DNA of 57,156 nt from a virus (Duplodnaviria; Caudoviricetes), in IMG/VR virus record IMGVR_UViG_3300036819_000112, positions 1 through 57,156 of that record; one strand, written 5' to 3'. A program made the position numbers and the translations under genes. This document shows positions 28,005 through 38,346 of the stretch, piece by piece; the stretch's first letter is position 1, and every line of letters begins with the position of its first letter. A model generated the notes under the pieces. The model was not told the DNA's origin. It searched no databases and saw nothing but the letters and a program-made list of their open reading frames with translations.

Positions 28005-30547
28005 TGCCCTCCTTCGGCACAGTCGCGCTCCCAGATATCAATCCGCTTTACGACCTGGCGAGCATCGACAGGAACGTCAACGCGATCAATGCCGGGCGGC
28101 TGGCAAACGAGGGCGCGACGCAGACCCTGGCCGATCGGGCGACGCTGCGTGGCCTCGCCCCCGGCCTGGCGGCCAATGACCCGGCCGCGACCGCAACAGC
28201 GCTCACCCTGCCGGGCGTTGGTGGCGATGCCGCAGCGAGTGGTCTGGCGAACATGCATGCCGATCAGCGTGCGGCGCTTGGTCAGACGCTCTCGGTGACT
28301 GGGCAGATATCCGGCGCGGTGCTGGCGGCGCCCCCCGATCAGCGCGCGGCGCTGTGGAAGCAACTGCAGCCGCTGATGGTCCAGGCCGGTGCCGTCAAAA
28401 CGCCCGCAGAATATCCTGGTGATGATGTTGTGGCGGCGCATCGCACCGCTGCGCTCAGCACGCAGGAACAGATTGCAGCGCTTGGTAATGCGTTCACCGG
28501 CGATCCCTACCGCACGCCGCTCTCGCCACCGAGCGGTGTTCGTATCGGGCCTGGGGGCGTTGTCCAGGGGCAGACTGCTGCGGGCGATTTCACCCCCCAG
28601 ATGGCCGCCAGCGAAAGTCCTGGCGGTCCGGGTGTGGTCAACAAGGGTGGATACTCCGGACAGTTCCAGTTCGGCGCGGGGCGGCTCGCGGACCCGAATG
28701 TCGGCGTCTACACTCCAGCCCAAGGGGAGGATTTGAACGCCAACACCTGGCAGGGAACCTTCCACATCCCAGGCTTCCCAGACGTCAAGACTCATGCCGA
28801 TTTCCTGGCTAGCCCCGATGCGCAACGCGCGGTGTTCGCCAGCCATGTCGCCGACATCGACTCCGCGATCGCACAAACGCCTGGCGCTTCCGGCTTGAAT
28901 CAGAATGGTTTGCGTGCCGTTGCTCACCTGGGCGGTGTAGCCGGGATGCGGCGGTTTGTTTCATCCGGCGGATTGTATGACCCCGCCGATGCCAACGGCA
29001 CGAAGCTATCGGACTACTACAGCAGGTTCAGCCAAGGTGGTCCGCGGGCGCTGCAACAGGCTTTCGGGCATCCTGATGGGCCGCCGGCACCCTCTGGTCC
29101 CGTTCAGGTCGCAGGGCCGGGCGCGCCGACGGCTGCTTCGCCTCAACCCGGCACCCAAGGTGCCGACGACGTCCTGGCTCGGCTTCGAGCCGCTCAGGGG
29201 GTCGATCCCTCCGCCATATCCGGGCCGGGCCCAAGCTTGCCGCCGCAGACAGCCGCGGCGATTCCAAACCAGAACGCCCTGCTGCCGCTGGCCCAAACCG
29301 ACACATCGGCGCCGATCAACCAACTCATGCCGGCCGCTTCAGCGGTTCCGCCAGCCGCAACGTCGGGCGGCGTCCAGCAGACGCCGTCAGGATTGCAGCC
29401 CGGAGAAACGCCGCTCTACGTCCCCGGAAAGGGGCCAGCGCCAGCCTCGATTCCAGGGTATCAGCTAACGCGACGAGCCGACGGATCGTACGGGATGGTG
29501 CGGATGCCTGGCGCGCCGCCGAAGATCAAGACCGAAACAGTCGGCGGTCAGATGATCAACATCGACGAGAACACCGGGCAGGAGGTCGGTTCGCGCATCG
29601 CGGTGCCGGATGCCAGGCGCGCGCTGCAAAGCGACGAGAACGGCATGCACGTCGTGCGCAACGCCGACGGGCAGGTACTGAGCTCAACCCCCACCGGCGC
29701 CTACAAGGTCGCCACGCTGGCCTATGACCGCGACGCCAAGGAGATCGCCGGGATTGCGGATGCCGGACACAGCGCCCAGTCGGACAATATCCGCATCCAG
29801 GCAATGCGCGACGCGCTCGCCAACCTTCCGACCGGCTCGGGCGGCACGACCCGCGCCGCCATGGCCTCGTTCGTGCAGACCTATCTGCCGGATCAGGCCG
29901 CGGGTTTCATCAAGTCCATCGCCGATCTTCCGGACGCAGCCGTCGCACAGGAGTTCAGCAAGCTGGCGCTGAAGGGTGCGGGGACGCAGGAGCGACAGGT
30001 GCTCGGCGCCCGCGGCGGCTATCAGGCGATGCGGCTGTTCCAGGCGACGAACCCCGGCCTCGATCTGCTGCCGGGAGCCAATCGCGCCATTCTCGGCATG
30101 CAGCTGATCGGCAATCAAGCCGACGCCGATTACTCGCAGGGCGCGCAAGCCTGGTTCACCCAGAACGAAGATCGCCTGGGAAGCGAGGGCAAATACGCCT
30201 CGCTCGCGCATTACGACCAGCAGTGGCAAGGCGAGCGCCAGCCGCAAATCTATGCCGCCGCCATGGGTGCGCTCGCTGGCCTCCCGGTCGAGAGCGGCTC
30301 AATCGACGGCAAATCGGTGAAGGGCTGGGCAACCGGCCTCTCGGATAAGGAGTACCAGCGGGCGCTGAACATCGTCTCGCGCGCCGATCCATCGGCCAAG
30401 GTGAACGGCAAGAGCGGACCGCTCTCGATGCAGCCGCCGAACGGTAGCGGCACGCCTCCAATACCTGCCGTCGGCACGATCATGCAGGGACATCGCTTCC
30501 TGGGTGGCAATCCGGCCAGTCCGACATCCTGGCAGCCGGTCCAGTAA
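28004..30547 (+). CDS. DNA ejection protein with lysozyme/SLT-like domain (gp20-like position)
   Basis: AASES...GYSGQFQFG...AHLGG..G...DANGTKLSDY. Confidence 0.75.
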   Translation: MPSFGTVALPDINPLYDLASIDRNVNAINAGRLANEGATQTLADRATLRGLAPGLAANDPAATATALTLPGVGGDAAASGLANMHADQRAALGQTLSVTGQISGAVLAAPPDQRAALWKQLQPLMVQAGAVKTPAEYPGDDVVAAHRTAALSTQEQIAALGNAFTGDPYRTPLSPPSGVRIGPGGVVQGQTAAGDFTPQMAASESPGGPGVVNKGGYSGQFQFGAGRLADPNVGVYTPAQGEDLNANTWQGTFHIPGFPDVKTHADFLASPDAQRAVFASHVADIDSAIAQTPGASGLNQNGLRAVAHLGGVAGMRRFVSSGGLYDPADANGTKLSDYYSRFSQGGPRALQQAFGHPDGPPAPSGPVQVAGPGAPTAASPQPGTQGADDVLARLRAAQGVDPSAISGPGPSLPPQTAAAIPNQNALLPLAQTDTSAPINQLMPAASAVPPAATSGGVQQTPSGLQPGETPLYVPGKGPAPASIPGYQLTRRADGSYGMVRMPGAPPKIKTETVGGQMINIDENTGQEVGSRIAVPDARRALQSDENGMHVVRNADGQVLSSTPTGAYKVATLAYDRDAKEIAGIADAGHSAQSDNIRIQAMRDALANLPTGSGGTTRAAMASFVQTYLPDQAAGFIKSIADLPDAAVAQEFSKLALKGAGTQERQVLGARGGYQAMRLFQATNPGLDLLPGANRAILGMQLIGNQADADYSQGAQAWFTQNEDRLGSEGKYASLAHYDQQWQGERQPQIYAAAMGALAGLPVESGSIDGKSVKGWATGLSDKEYQRALNIVSRADPSAKVNGKSGPLSMQPPNGSGTPPIPAVGTIMQGHRFLGGNPASPTSWQPVQ

Positions 30548-30548
30548 G

Positions 30549-33500
30549 ATGGATGGACCTTGGACACAGTTTGCCCCTGACGCTGCTTCACCTCCAGCGC
30601 CTCCGGTCGCTGACGGACCCTGGACGCAGTTCGCGCCGACTGGATCGGGCACATCGGGCGGGGAGTATGGTTTCGCGCCGGCGGCGCCTGACCCTGTCCC
30701 CGCGTCTCCTTTCAGGAAGACCGGCTATCTGGCCAACACTGCCGCCGGCGTGGTCGAAGGTTCGGCCGGGACGCTCAACGTCCTGTCCGACCCGTTCGGC
30801 AATCTGGTCGGCAAGCCGCTTGTGACCCTCGGCATGGCGGCGCATGACGCTCTGGCCCCGGTGTTCGGCTACGACAGGTTTTCGCCCGACTTTCGCGCCA
30901 CGATGCTCAACGACACGGTTCCCCAGCCTGGCAGTCGCATTGCCGAGGCGACCGGCAGGGCGATCGGCGCTCCGGCGACAGAGGACATACATCCGGCCAC
31001 GCCCGGTGAGGCCATCGTGCGTAGCGTCGTTCCAGCCGCGGTCGGTATGGCCGCGCTTGGTGGTGGCTCTGGCGTGCTCCGCAATGCATTGGTCAATCCC
31101 GCTCTTGGCGTATCCGGCGCGCTGGGCGGCAAATTGGCCTCCGCGCTTGCACCGGATTGGGCCCAACCCGCCGCTGAACTGGTTGGCAACGTAGCCGGAA
31201 TGGTGGCGCCGAACACGCTGGTAGGTCTGGGTGGCAGAGTTTTCGTCAAGCCGAACCCGCTGCTGGACGACGCGGGGGCACCGGTCATCAGCCGGGCCAC
31301 CGGCCAGCCGCTCGTGACGACACCTGCTCAGGCGCGCGCGGCAGGGGAGCAACTAACCGCGGCGGCGACCGATCCTGCTGCGGTGCGTGCCACTCTCGAT
31401 AATCCGCCGGCTCCGCTGATGGAAGGCGACCAGCCGACGACGGCGAAAGTGACCGGCGACCCGGGTCTGAACGCAGCGGAATTCACCGCATCGCGGACCG
31501 GTACCGAACAGCAGAAGGGCGCCTTCATCCAGCAGGCCAATCGGCAGAACGACGCTCGGGTGAGGGCGATCCAGAGCCAGGCGGCTGAGGGAGACGTTCC
31601 AACGGCTGACGCGGCGCTCAAGGCTCATGCGGAAGCTGCTGACCAACTCCAGGCGACGCGGGTCGCTGGGGTGCAGACCGACGCGGCGACTGACCTGGCG
31701 AAGGCGCAGGCGCAGGGCGAGAAACGTGTCAGCGGTTTGGCGCAGACGGCGGACACCGCTCGCTCTGCCATTGGCGGCGATCTCCCGCCCGGGTCCGACG
31801 CGCAGGTCGGCGCGGCATTGCGTGATCCTATCGCGACGGCAAACCAAGCCGCCAAGGCCCGCGAAGGTGCGTTGTGGGAGGCGATCGACCCGGGCGGCAA
31901 GCTCGCGGTCGACATGGGTCCGGTCAAGACCGGCGCGGCGGCGATCCTGCAGGATATGTCGCCCAATGCAGCCCCCTTGGCAGGCAACGAAGCGGGGATC
32001 TTCTCCACCGCGGCTGCCCTGCCCGATGTGCAGTCATTCCGCGATCTGGCGGCGCTGCGGAACCGGATAACGGATGCGATCCGTCAAGAACGCGGTCCGC
32101 AGGGCGATCCGCAGGCGGTCCGGCGGATGTCGATGCTGCTCGGCCACGTTCACAGGGCGATGGAGGAGAGTGCGATCAGTGGCGCTGATCAAACCACGGT
32201 GGCGCGCTTGCGTTCTGGTATCAAAACGTGGGATGATGAAACTGATGCGGCAAGTGCGCAAACAGTACCCGACCGTGCCGGAAACACTGGACAACATGAG
32301 CCAGGACGAGCGGGTGCGGTTCCTCCTCTGGATGGAGCCTCGGACCAGGCGGGCAGCCAACGAGAACCAGCTCGATCGGGATTTGCTGGCAGAACTGGTG
32401 GCCTACCGCCTGGCTCAGCAGATGAAGTAGCGCCCCTCAAGGGTCCGAACCGCCAGCCGCAAACGCTGCATGATTTCGTCATCTCGCGTGGTGGCGTGAA
32501 GGATCAGGCGGGCGAATACCGCTCGCAGGAGATCGACCGCATTCATCATCGTGCCGGCGGCCGGTTGATCAACAACACCTCTGGCGTCCCCGAGGACTAC
32601 ATGCGCGAGGCCGCGGTGCAGGAGGGTTTTCTGCCGGCCAATGCCGACGTCAACGACTTCCGCGACGCGATGTTGTCGACCACCCCGGTGTATCGGATCA
32701 GCGAAGCCCATGAGGCCGCCGCGCGACGTGCCGAGCGCACTCAGGCCTGGCAAACCGATGAAGCGCGCTATAATTCCCGCGATGCGGTTGCCGTCGCCGC
32801 GGATGAGGCCGGAGCTCGGCTGTCTCCGGCAGAACTCGATCATGCGACCGAGCTGCACATGCGCGGCGTTCATCCGGAAGAAGCGGTCCGGCAGGCCGCG
32901 TCGGCCACTGAGAGCGGTGCTCTCGATCGCAACGCCGCCGCGAACGCCGTCGGCTCGCCCGGGGTTCCGTTGGCAGCGCGGCAAGCCGACAATGGGCTGG
33001 CGGGAGCAACCCGGCTGCAACCGAACTTCGATCAGGCGGCGGCGGACCGTTATGCTGCGGCTCGTCAGGCCACAGCCGATCGCGCGGCGACCTTCAAGAA
33101 CGCACCTGGTGTTGGTCAGGTCTTGCAGGGCGGTCCCCAGGCCGGCTCTTTTCAAACCCCCGACAGCGCGGTTCCGAACATCATCGTCAAGGTCGGTCCG
33201 GCCGGGGCGGACGTCGCCAAAGCCTACCTTGCGGCGGGTGGCGACCCGGAAGCACTCGCGGAGGCGGCGGCGTTTTCGCTGCGCCGCTACGCCGCGCGCC
33301 CGGACGGCACACTTGCTCCGGATAAGGTCGGTGCTTGGGCAAAGGAACGGGCCAGCTTCCTCTCCCAACTGCCTGAATCCGCCGACAAATTCAGTGCGGC
33401 CGCGGACGCACAGCGCGCGGTCGAGGCCGGCACAAAGGATGCGGCCGCCGCGCTGAAGCAGGCGACTGAAACGGCGCAGACGGCTGTCGACAACGCAATG

Positions 33501-34322
33501 GCAGACCGGGCCTCCGCCGCAAAAGCCATGCAAGCAAGCGCGATCGGCAGGTTTCTTGGTCAGTCCGATCCCGTCGCTACGATGTGGTCGATCCTGAACG
33601 ACAAGAGGAACGGCCAGGCCAATGCGCGGACCTTGGCACAGGCTGTCGCCGGCAATCCTGACGCCGTCGCGGGTTTGCAACGCACAGTCGCCGCGGCGAT
33701 CGAGCGAGAGATCGTGGGCAACAGCCGGGGTGCGACATCCGAGGAGGGTGGCATTCGGGCGGAGAAGTTCCAGAACCTCATCAAGCACGGTGGGCCGGCT
33801 TTGCGTGAAATCCTGACACCAGAGCAGATGCGCGGCGTCATGACCGCACATGATAGCTTGGTCCGCGACTACCGCTCGGGGCAGGTCGGCTTTGGTTCGG
33901 CCACCGGGCAGATTCAATCCGGAACGGCTCCGGGGGTCGTCAAACAGGTCGCAAAGACGGTGCTGGGAATGGCCAGCGGCGCCGGCGTCGGGGCGGCGAT
34001 CGGCGCCTGGATCGGCGAGCGGATCGGCGTCGGCGCGTCAGCCGGTAGCTTCGTCGGCGGTAATGTCGGCGTCGCGGTCAGCGCGGTCATTCAGCGGGCG
34101 CGCGAGGCTGGCATTCAAAACGTCGCGGACCTGAGAACCGAGGCTTTGCTCAATCCCGCGCTCTACCGATTGCTGACCACCAAGGTGACGCCACAGAACC
34201 GGTCGTCGCTGCTGGCCGGAGTGGCGGCGCAACTCGGGCGGGCCTCGCTGGTCTCGACGGCCACAGGTCAACAGGACCGCCGGACCATGCCATCTCCGCC
34301 ACAGAACGCGCTGCTGCACTGA
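30549..34322 (+). CDS. Large DNA ejection protein (gp16-like position)
   Basis: 1257 aa, Ala-rich helical; N-terminal DGPWTQFAP repeat; C-terminal Gly-zipper. Confidence 0.8.
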   Translation: MDGPWTQFAPDAASPPAPPVADGPWTQFAPTGSGTSGGEYGFAPAAPDPVPASPFRKTGYLANTAAGVVEGSAGTLNVLSDPFGNLVGKPLVTLGMAAHDALAPVFGYDRFSPDFRATMLNDTVPQPGSRIAEATGRAIGAPATEDIHPATPGEAIVRSVVPAAVGMAALGGGSGVLRNALVNPALGVSGALGGKLASALAPDWAQPAAELVGNVAGMVAPNTLVGLGGRVFVKPNPLLDDAGAPVISRATGQPLVTTPAQARAAGEQLTAAATDPAAVRATLDNPPAPLMEGDQPTTAKVTGDPGLNAAEFTASRTGTEQQKGAFIQQANRQNDARVRAIQSQAAEGDVPTADAALKAHAEAADQLQATRVAGVQTDAATDLAKAQAQGEKRVSGLAQTADTARSAIGGDLPPGSDAQVGAALRDPIATANQAAKAREGALWEAIDPGGKLAVDMGPVKTGAAAILQDMSPNAAPLAGNEAGIFSTAAALPDVQSFRDLAALRNRITDAIRQERGPQGDPQAVRRMSMLLGHVHRAMEESAISGADQTTVARLRSGIKTWDDETDAASAQTVPDRAGNTGQHEPGRAGAVPPLDGASDQAGSQREPARSGFAGRTGGLPPGSADEVAPLKGPNRQPQTLHDFVISRGGVKDQAGEYRSQEIDRIHHRAGGRLINNTSGVPEDYMREAAVQEGFLPANADVNDFRDAMLSTTPVYRISEAHEAAARRAERTQAWQTDEARYNSRDAVAVAADEAGARLSPAELDHATELHMRGVHPEEAVRQAASATESGALDRNAAANAVGSPGVPLAARQADNGLAGATRLQPNFDQAAADRYAAARQATADRAATFKNAPGVGQVLQGGPQAGSFQTPDSAVPNIIVKVGPAGADVAKAYLAAGGDPEALAEAAAFSLRRYAARPDGTLAPDKVGAWAKERASFLSQLPESADKFSAAADAQRAVEAGTKDAAAALKQATETAQTAVDNAMADRASAAKAMQASAIGRFLGQSDPVATMWSILNDKRNGQANARTLAQAVAGNPDAVAGLQRTVAAAIEREIVGNSRGATSEEGGIRAEKFQNLIKHGGPALREILTPEQMRGVMTAHDSLVRDYRSGQVGFGSATGQIQSGTAPGVVKQVAKTVLGMASGAGVGAAIGAWIGERIGVGASAGSFVGGNVGVAVSAVIQRAREAGIQNVADLRTEALLNPALYRLLTTKVTPQNRSSLLAGVAAQLGRASLVSTATGQQDRRTMPSPPQNALLH
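32233..32430 (+). CDS. Overprinted small ORF inside the large ejection gene
   Basis: Alternative frame MMKLMRQVRKQYPTVPETLDNMSQDERVRFLLWME... is amphipathic-helical while the host frame is low-complexity. Confidence 0.5.
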   Translation: MMKLMRQVRKQYPTVPETLDNMSQDERVRFLLWMEPRTRRAANENQLDRDLLAELVAYRLAQQMK

Positions 34323-34353
34323 CGCTCTTCCTGCGACTCACGAAGGGTTCCCC

Positions 34354-34809
34354 ATGCTGAAACGACTCCTCGTCGCCGCACTCCTGTGCGTGCTGTCGGC
34401 TGGTGCGATGGCGCAGCAGGCGGTTCGCGTCCAGACCTGCGGTCAGGCGGGATCGGCTCCCCCAAACGTCTCTCCGCTGTTCGTGGATGCCAACGGCAAC
34501 CTCTGCGCCAATGGCCCCTCCAATCCCGTCGGCCCGGCCATGGCCCCGTTCACCGCGACAGTCACGGACCAGGCGTTGACCCTGACGCTCCCGGGCCGGT
34601 TCCGCCTCGAAAATCCGCAATACCAAATCGGCACGACGACGTTCAACACGACACCGCTGCAGATCAACTATGCCGGGGGGAATGCCTGCACCGCGCCGAC
34701 GGCGACGCTCTCGCCCGGCCAGATCGACGACTGGTTTGTGATCAGCGGAACCACGCAACCGCATGTGTGCGTGCCGACGGGCACGCTCCAGATCGAGGCC
34801 CAGCAGTGA
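34354..34809 (+). CDS. Signal-peptide protein, four Cys in the mature part
   Basis: MLKRLLVAALLCVLSAGAMA-QQ; VDANGNLC. Confidence 0.8.
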   Translation: MLKRLLVAALLCVLSAGAMAQQAVRVQTCGQAGSAPPNVSPLFVDANGNLCANGPSNPVGPAMAPFTATVTDQALTLTLPGRFRLENPQYQIGTTTFNTTPLQINYAGGNACTAPTATLSPGQIDDWFVISGTTQPHVCVPTGTLQIEAQQ

Positions 34810-37016
34810 TGACCTTGCGCACGATCATCGCCGCGCTGGCGACGTGGGCCATGCTTCAGGGTGCGATGGCGGCCAGTACTGCGCCATCACCCCCGCCGGC
34901 CGCTCCATACCAGCTTGTCGGCACGCGCGCCGGTGCGCATGGGTTTTCCCTGAATGTCACCACTGGCTTGCAGCGCTGGAATCAGAGGTCGCAGCACTGG
35001 GCGCCATACGGTGCGCGGTCTCTGAGACTGATCCTGCCGGGCTGGGCACCGATCGCGTCGGCGCAGCCCTTCCGCGGTGACCAGGCAATCGCGAACTCGA
35101 TCCTTTACATGACCAGCGCGACGGTTGTGTCGGGCGGCTCGCAATACAGCGTCGGCGACATCCTCGTGATGCCGGTATGGGGTGCGGGTTTTGAGCCGGC
35201 GCTGCTTTACGTCGATGCTGTGGCGGCCGGCGTAATCACCAAGGTTCACGTGCTGCGCGGCGGCGCCTACCAGTTGACGACGCCACTTGCGGACGGCACA
35301 GGCCAGATGGCCGTGTGGCAGGCGACGTTCGGCTACGGCGCTTATTCGGAAAGCCAAGGCTTCACCGGGTCGAACCTGAATGGCTACAATCTATCGAACC
35401 TGAACGGCGGCGCGCGATACGTCGCGGCCAACACATTCATCTCGGTTGCATCCGGCCCCGCCTGCACTGGCGGGACGATCTCGGCCACGGTCGATAGCGC
35501 CGTCTCCGCCATCAACAGCACGCCCCCGGCTGGAACGTGGACCTGCACCGACACCACGCATATGAACGCGGTGTACGCGATCAGCAGCGGCGCCACGCTG
35601 GGCGGGCTCGGCTCGGGCGCGACGTTCAACTTCACCTGGCAGGGCGCCGCCTACCTGGCCCGCGTGTCCGTGGACCCTGTCTGGACTGACGAGACCTGTT
35701 CCAACCAACTTACGGGCGTCTGCGTGCATGTGCCCGCGACGGCGTCCAGCCCTTACCCGAACGCCGGTCCCGACGCGCTCGGCAACACGATGGACATCTA
35801 CGTCCCGTCGGGCGCCGATGTCGTCACGGACCCGATCCCCATCAACATCGCGCCTGGCGCTTCATTCGGCATCCGCACCTTCGTCTTCGGGTCCGTGCCG
35901 CAGTCGCGCATGACGGTGACGAACGGAGAGGGGCAGGCAACTGCGTCTTTCACGAACTACGACAAGACGATGTTCTCGTCGTTCGGCCAGGGCGCGGTGA
36001 CCTCGCCGGCCGGGATGTTGGAATTTGTGGGCATCCTGGGACAGCCTACCGTGGCTGGACCCACGCCGTCTCTGCTCTCGATCACCGATAGCCGCGGTGC
36101 CGGGACGATCGGCTTTGCGAACACGAGCGGCTTCGATGTCTACGACTATACTGGCGGGTCGCAGGGCTGGCTTGAGCGCGCGGTCAACAACACCATGCCG
36201 ATCGTCGCCTACAATCATTCTGGAGATGCGATCTACTACTGGCAGCGCAATCACCAGATGCACCTCGATGGGCTGAAGAAAGTGGCTGGGTTCGGCAAAT
36301 TTCCTGAACTCTGCTACCAGGGGATGTCGATCAACGACGAAAACCAGTTGGCGCTTTCTTTCGCCACTGTCGCGGCGTCCGAAGCACAATTGGTCAAGGA
36401 ACTGCGCGGCCTCGGCTGCAAGTTCGTGTTCGCCACCACCGATGACCCGGTCGCTTCGGTCTCCGACACGAACCACGGCATCATCTGGGCGGACATCAAC
36501 ACCCCCGGCTCTGGCTATGGCGCTAACCAGACCTTCACCGTCACAGTGGCGGGCGGCACGTTCACGACGGCGGCGACCGCCACAGTCACGACGGACTCAG
36601 GCGGCGCGGTGCGGCAGGTGAACGACATCACGAACGGCGCCTATACCGCGGACCCGACAACCACGGCCAACGTCGTGACGGGAGGAAGCGGGACAAACCT
36701 GAAGCTCAACCTCTACATGTCATCGTTCGGAAATCCAGCTACGCAGACCCCGAATGGTGTGGCGAACCCCACGCTTCAGTTGCGCAACGCCGCCCTGCGG
36801 CAGCTTGTTTCGGCTGGGACCGGCACTTATGCGGGCGTCTACGACGGCGTTCTCGACTTCGCTGGCATCACCGAGACCTCGATCGCAAGCGGCGTGTGGA
36901 CGCCGTTCTGCACCGCAGACGGTCTCCATGCCTCGGTCAAGTGCCAGATCGCCAAGGCAAACTATGCCCGGCCGATCATCGCGGGGTGGGCCGCGCGTGC
37001 CTACGGGATGCGCTGA
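34809..37016 (+). CDS. SGNH/GDSL hydrolase-domain protein with signal peptide
   Basis: ITDSRG (block I), SINDE (block III), DGLH (block V); GGSQYS/PGSGYG repeats; N-terminal signal ending AMA. Confidence 0.8.
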   Translation: MTLRTIIAALATWAMLQGAMAASTAPSPPPAAPYQLVGTRAGAHGFSLNVTTGLQRWNQRSQHWAPYGARSLRLILPGWAPIASAQPFRGDQAIANSILYMTSATVVSGGSQYSVGDILVMPVWGAGFEPALLYVDAVAAGVITKVHVLRGGAYQLTTPLADGTGQMAVWQATFGYGAYSESQGFTGSNLNGYNLSNLNGGARYVAANTFISVASGPACTGGTISATVDSAVSAINSTPPAGTWTCTDTTHMNAVYAISSGATLGGLGSGATFNFTWQGAAYLARVSVDPVWTDETCSNQLTGVCVHVPATASSPYPNAGPDALGNTMDIYVPSGADVVTDPIPINIAPGASFGIRTFVFGSVPQSRMTVTNGEGQATASFTNYDKTMFSSFGQGAVTSPAGMLEFVGILGQPTVAGPTPSLLSITDSRGAGTIGFANTSGFDVYDYTGGSQGWLERAVNNTMPIVAYNHSGDAIYYWQRNHQMHLDGLKKVAGFGKFPELCYQGMSINDENQLALSFATVAASEAQLVKELRGLGCKFVFATTDDPVASVSDTNHGIIWADINTPGSGYGANQTFTVTVAGGTFTTAATATVTTDSGGAVRQVNDITNGAYTADPTTTANVVTGGSGTNLKLNLYMSSFGNPATQTPNGVANPTLQLRNAALRQLVSAGTGTYAGVYDGVLDFAGITETSIASGVWTPFCTADGLHASVKCQIAKANYARPIIAGWAARAYGMR

Positions 37017-37073
37017 CACCGCAATCTGGGAGCGCACAACGCGCTCCGCTTTGGCCGCCGTATCGGAGGGCTG

Positions 37074-37559
37074 ATGAGCGACCACCCGCACATGCGTCGC
37101 GCTACCGACCATCAAGTGATACCCTGGACTCAGCTTGGTGTGGTGATCGCTGCGATCGTCATGGCGACCACGTTTCTCGCGTGGTTGACGGGCGGCCTAC
37201 ACCCCCAGTGGTCGGCAGACATCTCGGAACTTCGCGCCTCCAACACCTCTCTGTCGAACGAGCTCAAATCGTCCGTCGCCGATCTGCAAGCCACGCAGAA
37301 GGCCGCTGCCGCCGCTGCCGCCAGCGACAAGGCGCAACTGACGGAACGCATCGACGCCGCCAAAGAGCTTTTCAACACCCGGCTGAACGGCATGTGGCGG
37401 CCGTCCGACTATGCCGAGCGTGACAGTCACCTGCATGAACTTGATTCGCGTGGCGACGCCATCCGCGATCGGGTGCTGAAGCTCGAGTACGGCTACACCG
37501 ATCTGGACAAGCGCATCAACGCGCTCTCCGGCGCTCCGGTGCGGAACCCCAGGAATTGA
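37074..37559 (+). CDS. Membrane-anchored coiled-coil protein (i-spanin/holin-like)
   Basis: One N-terminal TM helix followed by coiled coil; lysis region. Confidence 0.65.
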   Translation: MSDHPHMRRATDHQVIPWTQLGVVIAAIVMATTFLAWLTGGLHPQWSADISELRASNTSLSNELKSSVADLQATQKAAAAAAASDKAQLTERIDAAKELFNTRLNGMWRPSDYAERDSHLHELDSRGDAIRDRVLKLEYGYTDLDKRINALSGAPVRNPRN

Positions 37560-37810
37560 TCCGCTCGGTTGCTCTGGTGATCGTGCTGGCAGGTTGTGCG
37601 GCGACGCCCGCGCCGCCGCCGCCAGTCCGGCCGGTCTGCCAGTGCCAGTGTCCGCCCTCCGTCGCCGTCCCGGCGCCGCTGTCGCGTGTGCATACCCTCG
37701 AACAGCTCAATGCATTCGCCATCGCCCTGGAAGTCGCGCGAGAGGCTGAGCGGGCGCGTGGGGATGCCTGTGCCCGGACCGTGCTCGAACTGCGAGGAAT
37801 GACCCCATGA
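37556..37810 (+). CDS. Pro-rich lipoprotein (o-spanin candidate)
   Basis: Lipobox LAGC followed by PAPPPP. Confidence 0.7.
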   Translation: MIRSVALVIVLAGCAATPAPPPPVRPVCQCQCPPSVAVPAPLSRVHTLEQLNAFAIALEVAREAERARGDACARTVLELRGMTP

Positions 37811-38346
37811 TCACGAATTTCCCGGCCGCCCTCGACTTCGTTTGGGGCCCGGGGCGGGATTCTCCCCGCGACGGCTACCACACGACACCAGGTGATCCGG
37901 GCGGCGGGACGTTCGGAGGGGTGATCGAGGCGACCTGGGCGGACGCGGTGCGCTCCGGCATCGTCCACGGCACCCTCTCGAACGCGACGATCGACCAGCT
38001 TACCGCGGTGCTGCGGATCAAGTTCTGGGAGCCGACGTGCAATGATCTCCCGGCCGGCCTCGACCTGCTGCTGTTCAATGGCCGCATGATGTCAGGGCAT
38101 TTCCCCTGGCTGTTCCAGCAATGCCTTGGCTTCGTCGGGGAAGATGTTGACGGCTGGATCGGACCGGAAAGCCTGAAGCAGACGCGCTCGCGCGAGCCGA
38201 TCACGCTGATCGATGCGATCACCGGGGTCCATGCCTCCTACCTGGCCGGACTCCCGACCTGGCCACGGTTCGGCGACGGCTGGATCAGCAGGATCAAAGC
38301 AGCACAGGCGGAGGCGCACGCAATGGCAGACGCGGCAGTCGCTTAG
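37807..38346 (+). CDS. Endolysin, glycoside hydrolase 108-like
   Basis: DPGGGTFGGV, FW...C.DLPAGLD, DGWIGP, FGDGW..R; the usual N-terminal EGG motif is altered. Confidence 0.8.
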   Translation: MITNFPAALDFVWGPGRDSPRDGYHTTPGDPGGGTFGGVIEATWADAVRSGIVHGTLSNATIDQLTAVLRIKFWEPTCNDLPAGLDLLLFNGRMMSGHFPWLFQQCLGFVGEDVDGWIGPESLKQTRSREPITLIDAITGVHASYLAGLPTWPRFGDGWISRIKAAQAEAHAMADAAVA

